The notes under the pieces were generated by a model, which saw only the letters and a program-made list of their open reading frames with translations, did no database searches and had not been told where the DNA came from. A stretch of 32,000 bases of DNA, from the NCBI RefSeq assembly GCF_001481685.1, contig NZ_CP006867.1:120001-152000 (forward strand), written 5' to 3'. This DNA comes from Ignicoccus islandicus DSM 13165. Lineage in GTDB: Archaea; Thermoproteota; Thermoprotei_A; Sulfolobales; Ignicoccaceae. This document shows, one piece after another, positions 27,241 through 32,000 of the stretch. Numbering within the stretch: position 1 is the stretch's first letter; each line of letters begins with the position of its first letter. The position numbers and the translations under genes were made by a program.

Positions 27241-28336
27241 CTGGGTATACCCCTCTCTTCATTACAACTCTTTTCGTCTTAACGACCCATCCCTTTTCCG
27301 CTTCTAAGATTTCCTTGGAGCTCATTAACGCCTCTCCTATAGCTACCAATTCTCCTTTCAGACTGAAAATGGCTACAACGTCGCCTTTCCTTATTCCATC
27401 CGTAAGGGCAGCTACTCCGGGAGCGGCTACGTGAGCTCCGTGGGCTATTGCGTCAACGGCACCGTCCATGACCATGACCTTCTGCATGTGACAAACGCTG
27501 TATTCACATGGCATTACGTACTTCCTCAATAGGCTGTCGTCCTTTTTCTCCTCCCATAAGAACTTGGCTTCGCTTAGCTCTTGCATGGTTACGAGGTTGT
27601 AACCCTCATGGAAGGGACCGCTTCTAGTTCTCCTCAACTCCCTCATATGGGCTCCAATGCCCATTAGCAAGCCCAAGTCGTGAGCAATCTTCCTCATATA
27701 GGTGCCGCTCTCTGAACCCACCCTAACCATAACCATTCTCCTTTCGGGATAGAATTCGATTAAGTGGATGTAGTAGACTTTCTTCGTTCTCAATTGCCTC
27801 TTGACACTGCTTCTGAGTGGAGGCCTTTGGTATATCTCGCCTACTAAGTACTTCAAGTTCTCTATAACGTCTTTCTCATTGAAGGCATCGTGGAATTGTA
27901 TTACCATTACGTACTCCTTGCCCGATAGCATAACGTAATGGATCACTTTAGTAGCCTCTTTGAACGCAACCGGTAGAACGCCGGTTACTTTAGGATCTAG
28001 AGTACCGCCATGGCCTGCCTTATCTAAATTAAACATTCTCTTTATCCATGCTACAACTTCGTGCGACGTGGGTCCCGGTGGTTTATCCAAGTTGACTACA
28101 CCGAGCTCTAACAGCTCTTCAGTTGTCCTTTCCCAAGGGTACTTTCCGTATCTAGGGTCAGTTTCCGATTCCTTCTTGATCAACCACTTCCCTTCGAAGT
28201 AGCACTTTTCGTGCATCTCGTTGAGCCATTGCATTGCTTCCTTCAATTCGATCAGTACCCGAGATGAGGGTAATGCGGACGAGGTTAAGAGGTATAGGAA
28301 ACGTCCCGCGTTACCTTGCAAAATCCTTGTCTTCAT
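27215..28336 (-). CDS. cbf5: tRNA/rRNA pseudouridine synthase Cbf5 (H/ACA RNP catalytic subunit) with PUA domain
   Basis: GVVNLDKPPGPTSHEVVAWIKRMFNLDKAGHGGTLDPKVTGVLPVAF and a C-terminal PUA domain (YPATWKKDKA end). Confidence 0.95.
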   Translation of the reverse strand: MKTRILQGNAGRFLYLLTSSALPSSRVLIELKEAMQWLNEMHEKCYFEGKWLIKKESETDPRYGKYPWERTTEELLELGVVNLDKPPGPTSHEVVAWIKRMFNLDKAGHGGTLDPKVTGVLPVAFKEATKVIHYVMLSGKEYVMVIQFHDAFNEKDVIENLKYLVGEIYQRPPLRSSVKRQLRTKKVYYIHLIEFYPERRMVMVRVGSESGTYMRKIAHDLGLLMGIGAHMRELRRTRSGPFHEGYNLVTMQELSEAKFLWEEKKDDSLLRKYVMPCEYSVCHMQKVMVMDGAVDAIAHGAHVAAPGVAALTDGIRKGDVVAIFSLKGELVAIGEALMSSKEILEAEKGWVVKTKRVVMKRGVYPATWKKDKA

Positions 28337-28629
28337 TCACCATCCGATGGTGAATCCTCATCTCCACCTCTTGTCCAAATTCACTTTTCCATTTAATCAC
28401 AATCAATTCACTCATTTCCTCAACCTTAACCATTTGAATTCAGAATTAATGGTCTCCTTAAGCACCTTCAGTTTCTACCAGCCTTCCTAATTGTCAGTTC
28501 AATTTAAACCAAATCAATTAGCATTGTATTTGCAAAAGCAAACAAGATTTACCAATCCAGAGTTCAGACCATCAGTACAAGGTTCTTTCAAGATCGATCT
28601 TTACAATGAGAAGGAGCTTAGAGGGGTTA

Positions 28630-28819
28630 ATAAGCGATCATGGGAACTCTGATGATCATGGGGATTTCTACTCCAGCCTACCTTATACAAGCATATTCAT
28701 GCATATATTGGACAACTAATTGAGTTCAAGTTCTGAAAGGGAAGGTGTGAATGTGGAAAGGCAAATGAGGGGAAAGGGTTAAAAGATGGGGAATTGATTG
28801 TTTAAATAGGAGGGCAACG
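28630..28819 (+). promoter_or_regulatory. Probable CRISPR leader region
   Basis: Non-coding sequence immediately upstream of the first repeat on the side opposite the degenerate repeats; direct repeat GATCATGGG at 28636-28644 and 28654-28662; TATA-like GTTTAAATA just before repeat 1. Confidence 0.55.
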
Positions 28820-29801
28820 GTAGAATCCCAATAGGGAGTGGAAAGAATCTGTAGACCTGCACTTCGCCGGTCCCGTCCCAGCAAAGCGTAGAATCCCAAT
28901 AGGGAGTGGAAAGCATGTTACTATTACTCACTCACGGTTTTAAACATTTCGCTTTGTAGAATCCCAATAGGGAGTGGAAAGTAATGAAGAGACTTTTACG
29001 TTCGATAGGTGCGTTCTGATGTTCAATGTAGAATCCCAATAGGGAGTGGAAAGCTGTCTTGGTGGCTTCAGTAAACCGAGCTTCCTCATCCTTTCCTGTA
29101 GAATCCCAATAGGGAGTGGAAAGAGGACGTCTTTCAGGATTTTCCTAAGTCTTTCTTCACCTCTGTAGAATCCCAATAGGGAGTGGAAAGTTGAACTTTA
29201 CCTCGATTACGTTCTCGAAATAGAGAGGCCTGTAGAATCCCAATAGGGAGTGGAAAGCGTAAATGGCTTCTGGCCTATCGACAGACCCGGAAGGGGTAGA
29301 ATCCCAATAGGGAGTGGAAAGCTTTCAGTCTTCTTGAAATCAAAGATACAGTCGTTCCTCATTATGTAGAATCCCAATAGGGAGTGGAAAGTCTGTTTTC
29401 GATAGTGATGGCATAGATCGGTTCGTACTCGTGTAGAATCCCAATAGGGAGTGGAAAGTTCAGAACGACTCTTTTCTTCGCTTCGCTTAATGTAGTAGAA
29501 TCCCAATAGGGAGTGGAAAGCTAATGGGTTATTCTTTATGTTTTCAGGAACAGGAAGCTTCAAGGTTTCTAGTGTAGAATCCCAATAGGGAGTGGAAAGG
29601 CTAGATAATATTTCGGTCTCCCCCTTCCTGGCTTCTTCACGTAGAGATCCAATAGGGAGTGGAAAGCTTCCTCGCCGATTTGGTCTGCGAACAATATGAA
29701 GGGGTTGTAGAGATCCAAGAGGGAGTGGAAAGTTAGTAGTTCGCTCGGTTCCATATTCGTTAATTTTAACTTCTTGTAGAGATCCAAGAGGGAGTGGAAA
29801 G
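28820..29801 (+). CRISPR. CRISPR array: 15 repeats of 26 nt and 14 spacers (36-53 nt); consensus GTAGAATCCCAATAGGGAGTGGAAAG
   Basis: Repeat starts: 28820, 28888, 28956, 29028, 29098, 29165, 29232, 29296, 29366, 29433, 29495, 29574, 29641, 29707, 29776. Repeats 1-12 are identical; 13-15 are variants (GTAGAGATCCAATAGGGAGTGGAAAG, then GTAGAGATCCAAGAGGGAGTGGAAAG twice). Confidence 0.98.
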
Positions 29802-29923
29802 GAAATATTCCCCGCATTGGTTTCCTGACTTTCATTATGAGGTAAAAATTCAAAGATGAAATAGAGATCTTTTCCTCAAACTCTATATTGTATTGGCATA
29901 ATTGCTACATAGAAATGGAACAA

Positions 29924-29934
29924 GGAATGGAAAG
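29924..29934 (+). repeat. Possible eroded repeat remnant beyond the distal end (GGAATGGAAAG)
   Basis: Matches the 3' end of the repeat (GGGAGTGGAAAG) with a difference, 123-133 nt after the last clear repeat. Confidence 0.35.
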
Positions 29935-30163
29935 TTGTAGAACAACTCATCAGCTAATATTCAAGTCAATGTTACGGAGAGAACATTCAATATCAATGAC
30001 GTAAGTACGCCCGTCTTTTCGGAAGCACCGATGTTTTTACTAGAAAGGTATCATGTAGTAAGTACTGGAAATAAGGGCAACCTCGCGCAAGTCTCCGTTC
30101 AACTAACTTTACCATGGATGAGAATAAATTGGAATACTAGGCGTTTTCGATGAGTAAACGTGG

Positions 30164-30265
30164 TGGGGCCGCCGCCGGGATTTGAACCCGGGACCTCGGG
30201 ATCTCCGCGGCCTCTCAGCCGGGCCTCCACAGTCCCGCGCTCTAACCAGCTGAGCTACGGCGGCC
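30164..30265 (-). tRNA. tRNA-His(GUG), with 24-nt intron at canonical position 37/38
   Basis: Acceptor GCCGCCG/CGGCGGC, preceding G(-1) opposite discriminator C73, encoded CCA, D stem GCUC/GAGC, anticodon stem CGGGA/UCCCG, T arm CCGGGUUCAAAUCCCGG. Anticodon at 30228-30230; intron 30203-30226 (AGGCCCGGCUGAGAGGCCGCGGAG) can form a bulge-helix-bulge. Confidence 0.93.
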
Positions 30266-30676
30266 AGCTGAGGGCGGCGCCCCATTTACGGGTCTTTCGG
30301 AGTAAGATTAAAAAATTTAGTACCGATCCTCTTCGAAAAGCTGTAATAGAGATATATGAGGTGATGTGTGCGAAACGTTCCCCTAATCCTCTAGATATCC
30401 TATGTGTCACTGCGATTCTAGGCTCCGCGTAATATTCAGTCTTGGGGAGCATTGAATTCCATCAGTTCAATAACGGAAACTTTAGGTACTCTCAATGTTT
30501 AAGCACAAGGCATTGCGAGGCGTCTCGCTATCTATTTCATGGAAAGTCCTTAGCGAAGGATCGGCGCGCGAGGAAGGGTTACCGGTTCCCTTTTGTTACG
30601 CTTTTAACCATGTCAGATGGATTGAGTTGAACGGTAACAGATCTTGAGCCTTAGACTAGGTGGTAAGAAAGGGAGA

Positions 30677-32000
30677 ATGACGTTTCTAGATAAGAGTTCT
30701 TCCAAGGCGGGCTTATACTTGTTAGCGATAGTGGTAATAGGTTACTTGATAGCATCTGCTTCTATAGAATACGAGCAAGCTGTTGCCAAGACGTACGTTC
30801 TCTCTAGGGGTTCCAGCATCGAAAACGTTGCCGCCTTCGATCAAATCTTGAAGGAGAACAAGTACGTTGCAATAATGTTCAAGAGCACAACGTGTCCAGT
30901 CTGCAAGAAAATGTATCCTTACTGGCTCCAATTAGAGGCAATGAGCGATGGAAAGGTAAGATATTACGATGTAACTTTCTCTCCTAGCACGGAGCCCATA
31001 TTTAGGAGGTTTAACATAAACGACGTACCTACCTTCATGGTATTCAAAGACGGGAAGTTGGTTGGAAGACACATAGGAGGGTTCCCTGGGCCAGACGTAG
31101 CTACTCAAATGAAGAACTGGGTGTATTCGCGTCTAGGCCTCACGTCGTCTAAATTGGAAGCGGACTTGATGGAGTTCCAACTGGCTTGCGCCAGCTGCCA
31201 CGGCAGTCCAAAGGAAGTCTCTAAGGAAGCGGTAATTGAATGGATCAACGAGGTTCCCCCGGATCCAACTTCCGCCAAATTGAACGAGATGTTCAGGAAA
31301 GCCTTTGCATCAAATACAACGCTCTTTGAGCTTTACGGTAAGGAGAGAGTAGTTGAAGGCGTTAAGTCAATGAAGACGTTCGTACCGAACCTAGACGAAA
31401 AGGCTTCCGAACGCTACGCAGAGTTCCTTAACGAACTAAGCAAGGTGGCCTTGGGGAGGGAGACCAAAGGAAGCGAGGCCGAATTGAACGCTCCTCTAGA
31501 CGCTGGAGAGGCCAGCAAGTTAGAGGCCTCCGGTCTCCCAGCCAGCGCGCAATTGAGTTCGATACTTTCTTTCGTCGTTGGGTTAGCTACCGGACTAGCG
31601 GCCGCTCTCTCGCCTTGCGTCTTCCCGTTGTTCGTCACTCACGTCACCAGCAGCCTAAGGAGGTCTGAAAGCAACGTTAGCAAGTCCTTGGGATGTGGCG
31701 CGCTGGCGGCCCTAGGAGTGGTTGCGCTAGGCGCGCTATTCCTATTGTTCTCGAACGCCGTTCTAGCCGTTCAAAAAATCCTTCTCCCGGTAGTGGGAGG
31801 CGCTATAGTAATAGCTGGCTTAGCGAGTTTGCTTGACGTACCAATGGAAATTAGCAGCGCCAAGGTAGGCAAGAAGAGCGACTTCGCTTTCTGTGCGCTT
31901 TACGGCTTCCTATCAGTGCAATGTAACTTGCCTCTAGTAATAGGAGCTCTGTTACTAATAGCAACTACAGGTGGAGTAAGTACCTTAGCCGGATTCGCGT
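30677..32000 (+). CDS. Thioredoxin/CXXCH/CcdA (DsbD-like) fusion membrane protein, 3' truncated by the window edge
   Basis: Open frame from ATG 30677 to the window end (about 441 codons), not in the supplied track. N-terminal TM; Trx motif FKSTTCPVCKKM; CASCHG motif (codons at 31187-31201); then CcdA-like TM domain with LSPCVFPLFVTHVTSSLRR and SVQCNLPLVIGALL. Confidence 0.8.
   Translation, partial: MTFLDKSSSKAGLYLLAIVVIGYLIASASIEYEQAVAKTYVLSRGSSIENVAAFDQILKENKYVAIMFKSTTCPVCKKMYPYWLQLEAMSDGKVRYYDVTFSPSTEPIFRRFNINDVPTFMVFKDGKLVGRHIGGFPGPDVATQMKNWVYSRLGLTSSKLEADLMEFQLACASCHGSPKEVSKEAVIEWINEVPPDPTSAKLNEMFRKAFASNTTLFELYGKERVVEGVKSMKTFVPNLDEKASERYAEFLNELSKVALGRETKGSEAELNAPLDAGEASKLEASGLPASAQLSSILSFVVGLATGLAAALSPCVFPLFVTHVTSSLRRSESNVSKSLGCGALAALGVVALGALFLLFSNAVLAVQKILLPVVGGAIVIAGLASLLDVPMEISSAKVGKKSDFAFCALYGFLSVQCNLPLVIGALLLIATTGGVSTLAGFA

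Noticed and set aside
28221-28490. Plus-strand ORF MSHCIASFNSIS... across the Cbf5 5' end
   Set aside because: Mostly antisense to cbf5 and the rest falls in the non-coding leader side; no coding signal.
28648-28660. TGATGAT in the CRISPR leader as a possible C box
   Set aside because: No box D or terminal stem at a suitable distance.
28337-29801. Hidden cas genes near the array
   Set aside because: Flanking genes are cbf5 and tRNA-His; no Cas1, Cas2, Cas3, Cas5-8 or Cas10-like sequence was seen in any listed ORF.
28940-29853. Minus-strand ORFs (28940..29176, 29207..29563, 29569..29853) with repeated FHSLLGFY / STPYWDST / FPLPIGIL
   Set aside because: They are translations of the CRISPR repeat in three frames joined by spacers, not a repeat protein.
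30160-30432. Track ORF MVGPPPGFEPGTSGSPRPLSRAS...
   Set aside because: It reads antisense through the tRNA-His gene; this peptide is the classic false product of translating a tRNA complement.
30535-30676. Possible RNase P RNA because of GGAAAGTCC at 30541-30549 (resembles the conserved GAGGAAAGUCC block)
   Set aside because: Only one short block matches, the remaining conserved regions were not found, and the available length before the next gene is too short. A covariance-model scan would settle it.

Overview
The window looks like a hyperthermophilic crenarchaeon, probably Desulfurococcales and possibly Ignicoccus-like. This is inferred from gene content: archaeal G1P dehydrogenase, bifunctional FBP aldolase/phosphatase, AGOG glycosylase, Cbf5, an Lhr-type helicase, an aKMT-like methyltransferase and a Tfx-type regulator. 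Main contents: RNase HI and an M20 peptidase; a Tfx-like regulator followed by a molybdate/tungstate ABC transporter; a secreted CXXCH protein; a possible NapD-like chaperone; an opposing respiratory gene set (NrfD-like, molybdopterin oxidoreductase, DmsB/TtrB-like FeS, NapG-like, NapH-like); ThyX; a Trx/CcdA-like membrane pair; an uncharacterised pair including a membrane-anchored long coiled coil; a dense housekeeping region; a CRISPR array of 15 repeats and 14 spacers with degenerate distal repeats and no cas genes in the window; an intron-containing tRNA-His(GUG); and a truncated Trx/CXXCH/CcdA fusion gene that the ORF track does not list. The observations most worth checking are: (1) a candidate C/D box sRNA on the minus strand at about 16940-16994 with its own TATA-like box; (2) a sequence motif (ACCAAT.GGTCAAC / GTCAACTTGGTG) shared by the Mo/W transporter region and the promoter region of the molybdoenzyme operon; (3) the Trx-cytochrome-CcdA fusion; (4) a hybrid NrfD/MopB/FeS + NapGH respiratory cluster whose catalytic subunit has no visible Tat signal; (5) the coiled-coil membrane protein; (6) the repeat-degeneration gradient and pyrimidine bias of the CRISPR spacers. 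All family assignments come from reading the sequence; no database search was run.
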